64,000 nt of DNA from Acinetobacter phage vB_AbaSI_3, in the sequence record PQ382034.1; one strand, given 5' to 3'. Positions 9,393-17,640 of the stretch are shown here, in pieces; the stretch's first letter is position 1; each line of letters opens with the position of its first letter. The notes under the pieces are model-generated. The model did not search any database and was not told the origin of the DNA. It saw nothing but the letters and a program-made list of their open reading frames with translations. Made by a program: the position numbers and the translations under genes.

Positions 9393-9417
9393 ATTATAAT
9401 TCAATAATGTTAAAGCA
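9393..9417 (-). promoter_or_regulatory. T4 middle-promoter-like element upstream of gene 39 (MotA box TGCTTTA, 12-nt spacer, -10 TATAAT)
   Basis: Minus strand reads cTTTGCTTTAacattattgaatTATAATtttcaataacc. The 39 start lies 31 nt downstream. Confidence 0.55.
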
Positions 9418-9437
9418 AAGGGAGCTAATGCTCCCTT
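9418..9437 (-). terminator. terminator hairpin downstream of the endolysin gene
   Basis: AAAGGGAGC-TAAT-GCTCCCTTAAA. Confidence 0.5.
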
Positions 9438-9440
9438 AAA

Positions 9441-10007
9441 TTATTGTTCAAAGTACTTCTTCTCGGCTTTACGTCTATTTGTTAGACCTGGAATAACTTG
9501 TAAGACACCTTTAACTCTGCCCTTATTCCATACCAAGAACTGATCTGCTGCACCTGCATAATCCTTCGCATTCAACTTCTTCAACAATGTTGACCCAGCG
9601 AATGCGGTTTCACCAATATTGTATACTAATGAGACTAATGCATCAAATTGTGTCTGTTTTAAAGGAACAGTCACAAGTTTATTAACAGCTCTGACGAATT
9701 TTTGGAGATCGTTCTTCATATACGCTTTAGCTTGAGCTTCAGTGCAAGTATCGCCTTTCTTAACAGCAACGCCATTAGGGTAACGAGTTGTCCCGTATCC
9801 GATAGTCCAAACACCCACACTATCAAGATAAGCCGAAGTTCTAAGCCCCTCAAATTGTCTGATCAAATCAACGCCAAGATCTGAAATATTTACTTCACTC
9901 GGCGCTAATGTATTGTTGATTACTTTATTAAGTTCATCGACTTGAGCTTGTGTCAATTTTCCGCCAGCTATTTCACGAGCTGCATCAAAAAATGGCTTAA
10001 CATCCAT
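9441..10007 (-). CDS. e: endolysin, GH24 lysozyme (T4 e / lambda R-like) with N-terminal extension
   Basis: 188 aa. Catalytic-region signature FEGLRTSAYLDSVGVWTIGYGTT, preceded by an extra N-terminal segment of roughly 45 aa. Confidence 0.9.
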   Translation of the reverse strand: MDVKPFFDAAREIAGGKLTQAQVDELNKVINNTLAPSEVNISDLGVDLIRQFEGLRTSAYLDSVGVWTIGYGTTRYPNGVAVKKGDTCTEAQAKAYMKNDLQKFVRAVNKLVTVPLKQTQFDALVSLVYNIGETAFAGSTLLKKLNAKDYAGAADQFLVWNKGRVKGVLQVIPGLTNRRKAEKKYFEQ

Positions 10008-10046
10008 AATACTTTCCCGTAGTTAAAGAAAGTATTTATGATATGT

Positions 10047-10490
10047 TTATGCTATAGCTGAATAAGCTCCTTCAATTGCCAATCTTTGATGTAATCGTGG
10101 AAATTGAATAATGTTGTCAGGAATAGCAGATGCAGAACTATGCGGACGAATTATCGGTATCTGAGCTTCAGCCGCTACCGGTGCAATAGGTGCAAAATAT
10201 TTAATGCATTCTGCTCGAATATAACACTCTTCTACACGCATGCCATTAATGCTCGCAGCGTAAACATTACCTATACCTGAACGATGAACACTTAGTGTTC
10301 GACTTTGGTCGCCTGAATTAAGTAGTTTCATCATCAACGAAAAATAATGTCCTGGTAATTCCACATTACCCTCTTTAGTTTTGAGATCCTCTGTTGATAG
10401 ACCTTTAGAATCTATCAACAAATATTCTACACCTGTTTCAAAACCTTTCATCGTGTTCTCCTTAAACTTCTTTGAAAATTCGAGTGCCAT
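10047..10490 (-). CDS. hypothetical protein
   Basis: 147 aa, no recognisable motifs. Confidence 0.45.
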   Translation of the reverse strand: MALEFSKKFKENTMKGFETGVEYLLIDSKGLSTEDLKTKEGNVELPGHYFSLMMKLLNSGDQSRTLSVHRSGIGNVYAASINGMRVEECYIRAECIKYFAPIAPVAAEAQIPIIRPHSSASAIPDNIIQFPRLHQRLAIEGAYSAIA

Positions 10491-10704
10491 TTGCAGTAAT
10501 TTCTTTGATTGCTACGAAATCGATTTCGTTGTCTTTGATGACGAAAAGAACTTGATTGGTTTCAAGATGATTGTGAAAATGTTTCTCAACAACAGTTAAT
10601 TCAGGGTTAGTGAGAATTGCATCAAATTCAGCTTGAGAGATAGCAGTTGTATTTGCAGGTTTAGGCATTTTATTAACTTTTGCGATAAGAGCTTGTTTGT
10701 TCAT
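10462..10704 (-). CDS. hypothetical protein
   Basis: 80 aa, preceded by an early-promoter-like motif at about 10715-10770. Confidence 0.4.
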   Translation of the reverse strand: MNKQALIAKVNKMPKPANTTAISQAEFDAILTNPELTVVEKHFHNHLETNQVLFVIKDNEIDFVAIKEITANGTRIFKEV

Positions 10705-10798
10705 GATAATTTCCTCAATTTGATTAATGATTTGATATGACTATTATAACAACAATGGCCCAAGATGTAAACATCCAAGGCCATATATTTTTGATTTT

Positions 10799-11458
10799 TT
10801 ACACTGTAAATGGGTCAATATCTTCAGGTGCAGGAATTTCTTCTAACTGCAATGCGTATCGCTGTGCCATTTTGAGCATGATAACATCTTTTGCGCAGTC
10901 ATGAATTGAGTCGTGATGCACAAAGCCATCAAGAATTCCTTTACGCAAAGGCGTCTTGCTCATTCCACGAACTAATGAATACGCTTCAATTGCAGTTCGA
11001 ATGTCACGTTGACAATGGAATTTGATAGGCTCAAGCTTATCTGTGTCAGTCGTTTTAAATGTTTGACGAATCATATCAACAAAGATAGGAAAGTCAAAAG
11101 ACATGCCTCTGCACCATCCTTGTGATTTCCATTGATTGATTCCATTCTCTTTCAAGAATGCCAAAATCTGCGTAACTGCTTCTTCAACTGTGACATCATC
11201 TGGCGAAGGCAATAGATTCTTTTTAGCCTCTGGCGATTGTTCCATCCACCACTTTACAGTTGAAGGAGTAGTTGATCGTACGCCCTTTTGAGATTCAAGA
11301 TTGAGTTTAAATCGTTTGCCATTTTTGATGAGTTCATCTAAAGGCTGCATGACTTTAGGGTCTGGATCAAAAATGAGAATTGACACATCTACTACAATAC
11401 AATCAGGCTTGTTGCCTAAAGTTTCTAAGTCAATAATAAAATCGTTATACTTCGCCAT
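10799..11458 (-). CDS. dexA: exonuclease A (DexA, DEDDh 3'-5' exonuclease)
   Basis: 219 aa. Colinear with T4 DexA: FIIDFET.G, DL.VI.FDP.P.V...FDELV, SQKG.R, WKSQGWCRGMSFDFPI, RDIRT, HDSIHDCAKD. Confidence 0.9.
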   Translation of the reverse strand: MAKYNDFIIDLETLGNKPDCIVVDVSILIFDPDPKVMQPLDELIKNGKRFKLNLESQKGVRSTTPSTVKWWMEQSPEAKKNLLPSPDDVTVEEAVTQILAFLKENGINQWKSQGWCRGMSFDFPIFVDMIRQTFKTTDTDKLEPIKFHCQRDIRTAIEAYSLVRGMSKTPLRKGILDGFVHHDSIHDCAKDVIMLKMAQRYALQLEEIPAPEDIDPFTV

Positions 11459-11804
11459 TGATATACACCCAATCAGTAATTAAAGTTCTAATGTCTGCAA
11501 GAATTTGCATATCGACATCGATATGTGTTATAGATTTAGAGCAAACGTAACCAGTATGTTCGTTTGCCCAATTTGCAATATCTAAACCTGTTCTTCGTAA
11601 ACGTTCAAGATGCCCTTTAATTTTGAAATGCAAGGAATCTTCTGTGATACCTTCACCATAACGATTACACAATACAGCCTGTGATGCCACATCCTTTCTA
11701 AATGTGTATTCAGAAAATGTTTTAACATCTATTGCACTCAAACTACCGTACAATGCATTTAACATTTCTACTGGTACGCTTAATGTTCCTTTGCTATTAG
11801 CCAT
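11445..11804 (-). CDS. hypothetical protein
   Basis: 119 aa. Confidence 0.45.
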   Translation of the reverse strand: MANSKGTLSVPVEMLNALYGSLSAIDVKTFSEYTFRKDVASQAVLCNRYGEGITEDSLHFKIKGHLERLRRTGLDIANWANEHTGYVCSKSITHIDVDMQILADIRTLITDWVYINGEV

Positions 11805-12126
11805 TTTGCTTCGCCCTTATTTTCAATACATCATGCAAAACGACTACTTCATTGTACTGGCTCAATGCAGATTCAGGAACATATACTTTAATAGGATCAT
11901 CTACGATTTCATTGACCATACGAGCATTATTGATCTTTTGTGATAGCGATTTGCTAAATTGATCAACCCATTGGTAAACACGAACACCCATGCTGATGCA
12001 TTGACTGTTATAATAAGATTCGCCTTTAAGTCTAATGATTGAGTCACGGACTTCTTCAATGTAATCGAGCAGTTGGACAGCTGCTTTAACTGTTAGTGCT
12101 ATATCAGGTTGCATATTAAAACTCAC
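11797..12126 (-). CDS. hypothetical protein
   Basis: 109 aa. Confidence 0.4.
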   Translation of the reverse strand: MSFNMQPDIALTVKAAVQLLDYIEEVRDSIIRLKGESYYNSQCISMGVRVYQWVDQFSKSLSQKINNARMVNEIVDDPIKVYVPESALSQYNEVVVLHDVLKIRAKQNG

Positions 12127-12268
12127 CGGTAAGTGGAATCCAAGTACATCAAATACAAAATCATTAATTGTTTGATTTGTTGCACATTTGGATCATTCAT
12201 TTGTTCTTGATTCAGAGATTCAAACAACTTTGAATCAAGCTCTTCACTATATTCATCGTATGTCTTCA

Positions 12269-12511
12269 TTATACCACAGCTTTAATAGAAGATTGATGCG
12301 CTAAAACAATAGAATTGATGTCCATTGCTAATGCAAATGGAATTGTAACCGTTGAAGTAGGTTCACAGTGCATTAATGTCGAGTGAAGATTAAAGAATGG
12401 CTGAAATGCATAAAATGTATTTCTAGCAAAATCGTTTGCGTCTAAGCCGCTATCAATAACATGTCGAATCAATTCCATCAACCTAATCAAATCTTTCGCG
12501 GTTAAATTCAT
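12269..12511 (-). CDS. hypothetical protein
   Basis: 80 aa. Confidence 0.4.
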   Translation of the reverse strand: MNLTAKDLIRLMELIRHVIDSGLDANDFARNTFYAFQPFFNLHSTLMHCEPTSTVTIPFALAMDINSIVLAHQSSIKAVV

Positions 12512-12522
12512 TTTTCATTTCC

Positions 12523-13881
12523 TTAAACGAAGTAAACGTTATGTTTAGCACGAGTTGCACCAACATAAAGGAGTTGTTGTGCTAATGCCGGATCAGCGCG
12601 ATGGATACATGGCGTGAACAAAAACACATTATCTAAAGTTGAACCTTGAGATTTGTGAATAGTTCCACATGGCAACGGCTTGACCTTATGAAACTGAGCC
12701 TTTAAATCCCACCATCCTTTCCAATTTGGTCGTTTGTCTCTGGCATTTTTAAATTCGCTTGCAGACTTTGACATGAAATATTGGAACTTGTTAAGTTCTT
12801 GTTCATCATGAATCACTTTGATCATATCAACTGCATCTGAGTCTACACCTCGAATTTCGAGTTCCCAGACTTTAATCGAGTCTGAACCTTTAAAGCCCTT
12901 GATGAATAAGTTGACATATTTTTCACGACAGTTAATAATTCTTACTAGTTCACCATTATTGAAAATAACTTCAGTAAATGTTTTGCCTTCAAATGTATGA
13001 CTTCGCATCAATGGCTCTTGCATAACTAAGACTTCATCTTTGATGTAAGGCACAGTAGTCTGATATAACTTTTTACGAATAATGTTATTCAAATCATTAA
13101 CCGATTTATTAGTGAATGCTAACATTCGATTATCGAATAAGTCATCAGGATCTTTGACGATTTCAAAGTACTTTGTTAAAAACGCAGCTACTGATCCGCC
13201 ATTAGATCGAACCATTGAATGAACACCTTGCCCATCCACAAGATTCTCACGAATCCAACCGCCTTTACGAATTTCTGTTGCAACTTCGATAATTGGAGCA
13301 TTTGAGCGCATAACTTCAGTCAATGAAACTTGTTGAAACTTGTCATTGAAGAAGAACGCAGAAAGTTCTGGTGTGGTAGAGTTAGGAGCTACAGGACGGA
13401 TCTGCGCTATATCGCCTAAGCCGATAATTGTACACCATGGCGGAATAGATGCCATTAAAATTCTGAATAATTCTCGATCATACATCGAAACTTCATCACA
13501 GATTAAAACACGACAATCTGACAAATCTGGATCGTCTGATTGCTGAAAGACTGTAGAATCTTCGTATGTGGTAGGATTAATCTTTAACAATGAATGAATT
13601 GTTGATGCTTCCATACCTGAAAGTTTTGCTAAAACTTTCTTTGCTTGGTGTGTAGGAGCTGCAAGCATTACACCCTTTTCACCACTCGAAATCAAATGAT
13701 TGATCAAAAAGCGTGTAAGTGTAGTTTTACCTGTACCTGCAGGCCCATTGATTGTAATATGTGGCTTTACTTCACATGATGAAGTCGTTGCCATCATAGA
13801 TTTAGTTGAAATGACTTTGATTACTGCATCAAATGCGGCTCGTTGTCCTTCATTTAAATCTTCTAACTTCAAATCATTCAT
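12523..13881 (-). CDS. dda: Dda SF1B DNA helicase
   Basis: 452 aa. LNEGQ..AF, Walker A GPAGTGKTT, motif II (LICDEVSM), and C-terminal T4-Dda-like blocks (TIHKSQGST, FV..TRAK). Confidence 0.9.
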   Translation of the reverse strand: MNDLKLEDLNEGQRAAFDAVIKVISTKSMMATTSSCEVKPHITINGPAGTGKTTLTRFLINHLISSGEKGVMLAAPTHQAKKVLAKLSGMEASTIHSLLKINPTTYEDSTVFQQSDDPDLSDCRVLICDEVSMYDRELFRILMASIPPWCTIIGLGDIAQIRPVAPNSTTPELSAFFFNDKFQQVSLTEVMRSNAPIIEVATEIRKGGWIRENLVDGQGVHSMVRSNGGSVAAFLTKYFEIVKDPDDLFDNRMLAFTNKSVNDLNNIIRKKLYQTTVPYIKDEVLVMQEPLMRSHTFEGKTFTEVIFNNGELVRIINCREKYVNLFIKGFKGSDSIKVWELEIRGVDSDAVDMIKVIHDEQELNKFQYFMSKSASEFKNARDKRPNWKGWWDLKAQFHKVKPLPCGTIHKSQGSTLDNVFLFTPCIHRADPALAQQLLYVGATRAKHNVYFV

Positions 13882-13922
13882 AATCTTTAAACCATAAACA
13901 TTTTCTAATATTATAAACTATG

Positions 13923-14219
13923 TCAAGCTACTTTAACTTGCTTAACAAACATAGTCTTTAATTGCCGAGTCATGAGCTCACGAGCATAAGCCGGCACTTC
14001 AGGACGTTCAATTTCTTTGACAGTTTTGATGCCAAATAGCTTGCGTTCAGCTTTGAACTCTTTAGTCGGGTTCAAGATATTAGTGATTTTATCTGCGTAT
14101 TCTCGCATGCCTAAAGTTGCAGAGCGTTCATTTGGAAATATTTTGATGACACCTAATTCTGATAGTGCTTCATCAAATCCATCTTTGTCTTTATAAAATA
14201 CCGCATAGCCACTAATCAT
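13923..14219 (-). CDS. hypothetical protein
   Basis: 98 aa. Confidence 0.4.
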   Translation of the reverse strand: MISGYAVFYKDKDGFDEALSELGVIKIFPNERSATLGMREYADKITNILNPTKEFKAERKLFGIKTVKEIERPEVPAYARELMTRQLKTMFVKQVKVA

Positions 14220-14581
14220 TTTGAATCTCCAAATTGCTCTACACCCTTTAATGTAACTTTGAAGTGCTCACGAATTTGTTCTTCAACTTGCTTACGGCAT
14301 TCAGATAAAACCATGTCTTCGATGGTCGATCGTTTTTTGGTCAACCAGCCGTCATCTCTATTGATTATGCCGTTAAGGTATTGTTGGATGATTGCATTTA
14401 CTTGTTTTTCGATGAATCTCTCAAGATTATATGCTGCAAACAATTTGTGTACTCGAGATTCAACTTGTTCTTTGAGAACCTCTCGATATAGTTGTAACAT
14501 ATCATCTTTATTAATTCCATTGCCTGCAATGAGATTTTTGATATGACGTTTTACAGTTTCAATGTTAAATTCCTCAGTCAT
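14216..14581 (-). CDS. hypothetical protein
   Basis: 121 aa, ATGA-coupled. Confidence 0.4.
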   Translation of the reverse strand: MTEEFNIETVKRHIKNLIAGNGINKDDMLQLYREVLKEQVESRVHKLFAAYNLERFIEKQVNAIIQQYLNGIINRDDGWLTKKRSTIEDMVLSECRKQVEEQIREHFKVTLKGVEQFGDSK

Positions 14582-14582
14582 G

Positions 14583-15005
14583 TTACTCTCCCAACATTTC
14601 GTTTACTTTGATGAATAGATCGCCAGTCTTTCCACCATTTTTATCAGGGTGAATAGCAAATCTAATTCGTTTAAGTTCTGCCATAGAAAACTCATCTTTT
14701 CCTACAGGCTTTTGATCCCTTTTGAGAATATCTTCAAAGTTTGCCTTTGAAGTAAACTCTCTAGCTTTCAGTTTTACAACAAGCTCATATTCCTTTAGAA
14801 GCTTGTTGTAATCATCCACATTCATGTTATGTTTCTTTTCTAAGCGAAGATACAGATCCTTGAGCCTATTTCTATTGTTGACTACATCATTGTAGTCGTA
14901 CACAAGCTCTTTGTACTTTCTATGAAATATTGTGTATTGGTTGTAGAAGTGCAAGAAGCCTGCATATCCACCCATCATCAACAGAAAAATTACTAAGAAG
15001 TCCAT
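14583..15005 (-). CDS. membrane-anchored J-domain protein (DjlA/Rki-like co-chaperone candidate)
   Basis: N-terminal TM helix (FLVIFLLMMGGYAGFL). The C-terminal 35 aa match J-domain helix II-HPD-helix III (ELKRIRFAIHPDKNGG...FIKVNEM). Start moved to the ATG at 15005, which has a GAGGAAA Shine-Dalgarno 7 nt upstream. Confidence 0.6.
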   Translation of the reverse strand: MDFLVIFLLMMGGYAGFLHFYNQYTIFHRKYKELVYDYNDVVNNRNRLKDLYLRLEKKHNMNVDDYNKLLKEYELVVKLKAREFTSKANFEDILKRDQKPVGKDEFSMAELKRIRFAIHPDKNGGKTGDLFIKVNEMLGE

Positions 15006-15015
15006 TCTAATTTCC

Positions 15016-15969
15016 TCAGATCTTGTTAATAAGACAATTATAACCAACTTTATGTTTAAGCAACTTATATGTTGGTGTACTTAAAGGTAATCCTAATTTG
15101 ATGCGTGCTTTATCACCATCTGATAAGTTTTCAAACTTGATTAATGCAGGCTTGATGATAGTTTTGAGTCTATGCATATTGTAATAGATTTTTTCTAATT
15201 CGTTTTTCAATCTACTGATAGCATTTTCATGATATGAAATTTCATTAGTTGCGGCTTTAAACTCGATCGGTTTAAGATTAAGTGTTTCACCATTACTTGT
15301 TGCACAATTTTTGTAGAACTTGTTCAACGCTTTAGCCGATGCAAGTAAAGCCGATTTCAGCGACTCTGCCTTTTCAGTATGCACAGTTAAAAGACGATTA
15401 ATCTTTTTAGCTTTAGCTTTTCCTACAGGTTGTCCATTTTTTGCGATCAATGTAGCTTCAGTTTCTCTAATTAATGCAATACGACGTTCATACGAAGCTT
15501 TAGTGTTTTCATGAACTTCTAATAACTTTTTCCAGCGTGGCAGATGCTTAGGATGAATCTTAGGCTTATTGTACTCTTTGTTCACTGCATCTTTGAGTGC
15601 ATTAGCTGCAGTAATAGTACCTATTGCAATAGAATGAAATATTACTTCTGCTTCTTTGGTAATAGCCATTGAATTCAATTCATTAATACGAGCATCGATT
15701 GTAGCAGAAGTTAGATCACTGCGTAAAGTGTTTAATTCACGTCGTACCGGAATAACATTACCGTCAATATAGCCAATGGTATTATCAATACGTTCTAATG
15801 ACATAGACGCGGTTTCATTTTCTTCAAAGGGCACACCGGAATATGCGCATAGTGTTTGATGTTTAATATTAGCAAATGTAGACAATGACATATCAAATTT
15901 GATACCACGTAATTTAGCATTCTTAGCTTTGTTTACGAAACATTCCGCAATTTTGATGTTAGAGATCAT
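15016..15969 (-). CDS. hypothetical protein with degenerate HNH-like N-terminus and coiled-coil body
   Basis: 317 aa. The N-terminus (C.YSG...SLERIDN..GYIDGNV) resembles an HNH/EndoVII-type beta-beta-alpha motif that lacks the His and Cys ligands. Confidence 0.5.
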   Translation of the reverse strand: MISNIKIAECFVNKAKNAKLRGIKFDMSLSTFANIKHQTLCAYSGVPFEENETASMSLERIDNTIGYIDGNVIPVRRELNTLRSDLTSATIDARINELNSMAITKEAEVIFHSIAIGTITAANALKDAVNKEYNKPKIHPKHLPRWKKLLEVHENTKASYERRIALIRETEATLIAKNGQPVGKAKAKKINRLLTVHTEKAESLKSALLASAKALNKFYKNCATSNGETLNLKPIEFKAATNEISYHENAISRLKNELEKIYYNMHRLKTIIKPALIKFENLSDGDKARIKLGLPLSTPTYKLLKHKVGYNCLINKI

Positions 15970-16153
15970 TTCGATGCTCCTTTTGTCATTGATGAACGTT
16001 CACAAAGATAGATAATTGCAAGAGTAGCAAAGAATGCCAAAATAAAAATTGAAAATGTCATATTAATTTACTCATTTAGTTGATAGGACTATAGTATCAA
16101 ACTATGCCTTAGATGTAAATAGCCTGTGTGATTAAATTTTGATCATGTAAATG

Positions 16154-16279
16154 TAAAGCACGCGTGCTTTACAAAATTTTGATGGTATAATGGTTCTACC
16201 GGTTCACCGCTCTAATTATATCTGCCGTTCGGTACAGAATAGCTGCTGCGCAGCCGGCGCACAGCGCCGAAATTAGATG
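16154..16279 (+). repeat. 126-bp GC-rich repeat element, copy 1 (inverted partner at 47533-47660); carries a palindromic TAAAGCAC..GTGCTTTA MotA-box-like motif plus an extended -10 TGgTATAAT
   Basis: The reverse complement of 47533-47660 matches 16154-16279 nearly perfectly. Only the centre of the palindrome differs (gc vs tcgt). Confidence 0.9.
16165..16191 (+). promoter_or_regulatory. middle-promoter-like motif inside repeat copy 1 (TGCTTTA N14 TATAAT), plus strand
   Basis: TGCTTTA at 16165-16171 and TATAAT at 16186-16191, preceded by TG (extended -10). Spacing is 14 nt where T4 middle promoters usually have about 12. Confidence 0.4.
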
Positions 16280-16334
16280 TTTTAATTGTTTAGTTGTTTT
16301 TGATATATCTCGACTGATATTTTTGGACAAAAAT

Positions 16335-16356
16335 AAAGGAGCCATTTGGCTCCTTT
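16335..16356 (-). terminator. intrinsic terminator hairpin after the macrodomain gene
   Basis: AAAGGAGCC-ATTT-GGCTCCTTT stem-loop. On the minus strand it is followed by TTTATTTTTG. Confidence 0.6.
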
Positions 16357-16358
16357 AG

Positions 16359-16802
16359 TTATATGTACAATACATAAATGTTCACGTCTGGCGTTACTTC
16401 GTTAATTATTTCTGCGATCTTCTCCCAGGTTCCACCTGCAATACCGGCGCCAATTTTAGGAATTCCTACTGATTTGCCGGCATATTTTTCATTGATTACA
16501 GTAAATGCCTTTCTGATGCTATCATATAAAACATGTTCAGGACATTTGCCAGGTCTGAATTGAGTATACGCATTAATGATGTCGCCGTTAACAATTTTGG
16601 CGATGCTCACATCGCCGAGCTTGCTCCAATCACCATATTCAGTTTTCTTGTCTGCTTCTAATGCAACAGGAAATGTCTTGCTAATAGAACCTGCAACTCC
16701 GGCTCCCATTGTATGGAAACAGTTGCAACCATGGGCTATCGCATCAAAATCATTATGTTGGAATGCTTCAAGCAAATCACAATATACATATTGCCTAATC
16801 AT
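16359..16802 (-). CDS. macrodomain protein, TARG1/DarG-like (ADP-ribose-removing hydrolase candidate)
   Basis: 147 aa. AIAHGCNC.HTMGAGVAG and VGIPKIGAGIAGG correspond to the TARG1/OARD1 signature blocks (HC.S.DCRMGAGIA and MPRIGCGLD). Confidence 0.8.
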   Translation of the reverse strand: MIRQYVYCDLLEAFQHNDFDAIAHGCNCFHTMGAGVAGSISKTFPVALEADKKTEYGDWSKLGDVSIAKIVNGDIINAYTQFRPGKCPEHVLYDSIRKAFTVINEKYAGKSVGIPKIGAGIAGGTWEKIAEIINEVTPDVNIYVLYI

Positions 16803-16822
16803 TATTACCTCGGGTTAGATTA

Positions 16823-17011
16823 TTAAACGCCTAATGTTAAAGCACTTAATACTTTAGAGAATAAAGCCATTGCAGTTTCAGGCTCTACTGCTCCAGTTAA
16901 AGTGCCAACTGCTGCAGCGATAGCAGCTAATGCAATTGCTGCAAGACTCATTGTTGCCTTTGGGTTTTTCTTAAAGTTATCGCTAACTTTGCCTTTGAGT
17001 TCAGTCTTCAT
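16823..17011 (-). CDS. hypothetical small hydrophobic protein
   Basis: 62 aa, Ala-rich with a predicted TM helix. Confidence 0.35.
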   Translation of the reverse strand: MKTELKGKVSDNFKKNPKATMSLAAIALAAIAAAVGTLTGAVEPETAMALFSKVLSALTLGV

Positions 17012-17192
17012 GTTGTTCCTTATATGCTTTAGTAGCCTCTTCGACTGTCATACCATCCAAAATATTGAGACAGATTCCAAGATCAGTATGCTCTTCAGTA
17101 TCATATGCATGAACTGCATCTAACAGGTCTTGAGAATTACTGATTGTGGTAGCCAAGAAGCTTACTTGTTGTTTAGTTAGTGTTAGTGACAT
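17001..17192 (-). CDS. hypothetical acidic protein
   Basis: 63 aa. Confidence 0.35.
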   Translation of the reverse strand: MSLTLTKQQVSFLATTISNSQDLLDAVHAYDTEEHTDLGICLNILDGMTVEEATKAYKEQHED

Positions 17193-17292
17193 ATCTGTCT
17201 CCTAAAATATTTATTAACAGATTAATTACTAATCTATGCTTTACATCAAAAGTTATAAATAAAATTAAAAAAGCCTTTAAAATGCACCCGCC

Positions 17293-17640
17293 TTAATACA
17301 GGATTAAACTATTGACAATAACCTCTTCTGGTGTCATTCGTGTCATTCTGCCTCTAGAAATTTCACGTAAACGTAATAGTGCAACGCCTTGTCGATCCAT
17401 TTCATGCTCAATAGAGTTCAATCGACGCTGCAGGCTTTGTGCATCAAATCTCATAGTTTTCAATTTCTTTAATGCACTTTCAGCCAAATTAGGTGTTGGT
17501 GAAACGCGAATAATGGCCTTTTGAAGATCAAAAATTCGTGTTTCTAAACTATCGATTTGAGCTCTTAATGCTTGTGCACGTTTCTTGTTGAGTTTGATTT
17601 TGTACATTAAAGTGTTTTTGAGTTGATTAATTTCCATCAC
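17293..17640 (-). CDS. hypothetical coiled-coil protein
   Basis: 115 aa. Confidence 0.4.
   Translation of the reverse strand: MMEINQLKNTLMYKIKLNKKRAQALRAQIDSLETRIFDLQKAIIRVSPTPNLAESALKKLKTMRFDAQSLQRRLNSIEHEMDRQGVALLRLREISRGRMTRMTPEEVIVNSLILY

Noticed and set aside
16154-16279. Possibility that the 126-bp repeat is a tRNA, a CRISPR repeat or a homing-endonuclease target duplication
   Set aside because: There is no cloverleaf and no T-loop GTTCRANYC. Only two copies exist, inverted and with no spacer periodicity. No endonuclease ORF is adjacent.
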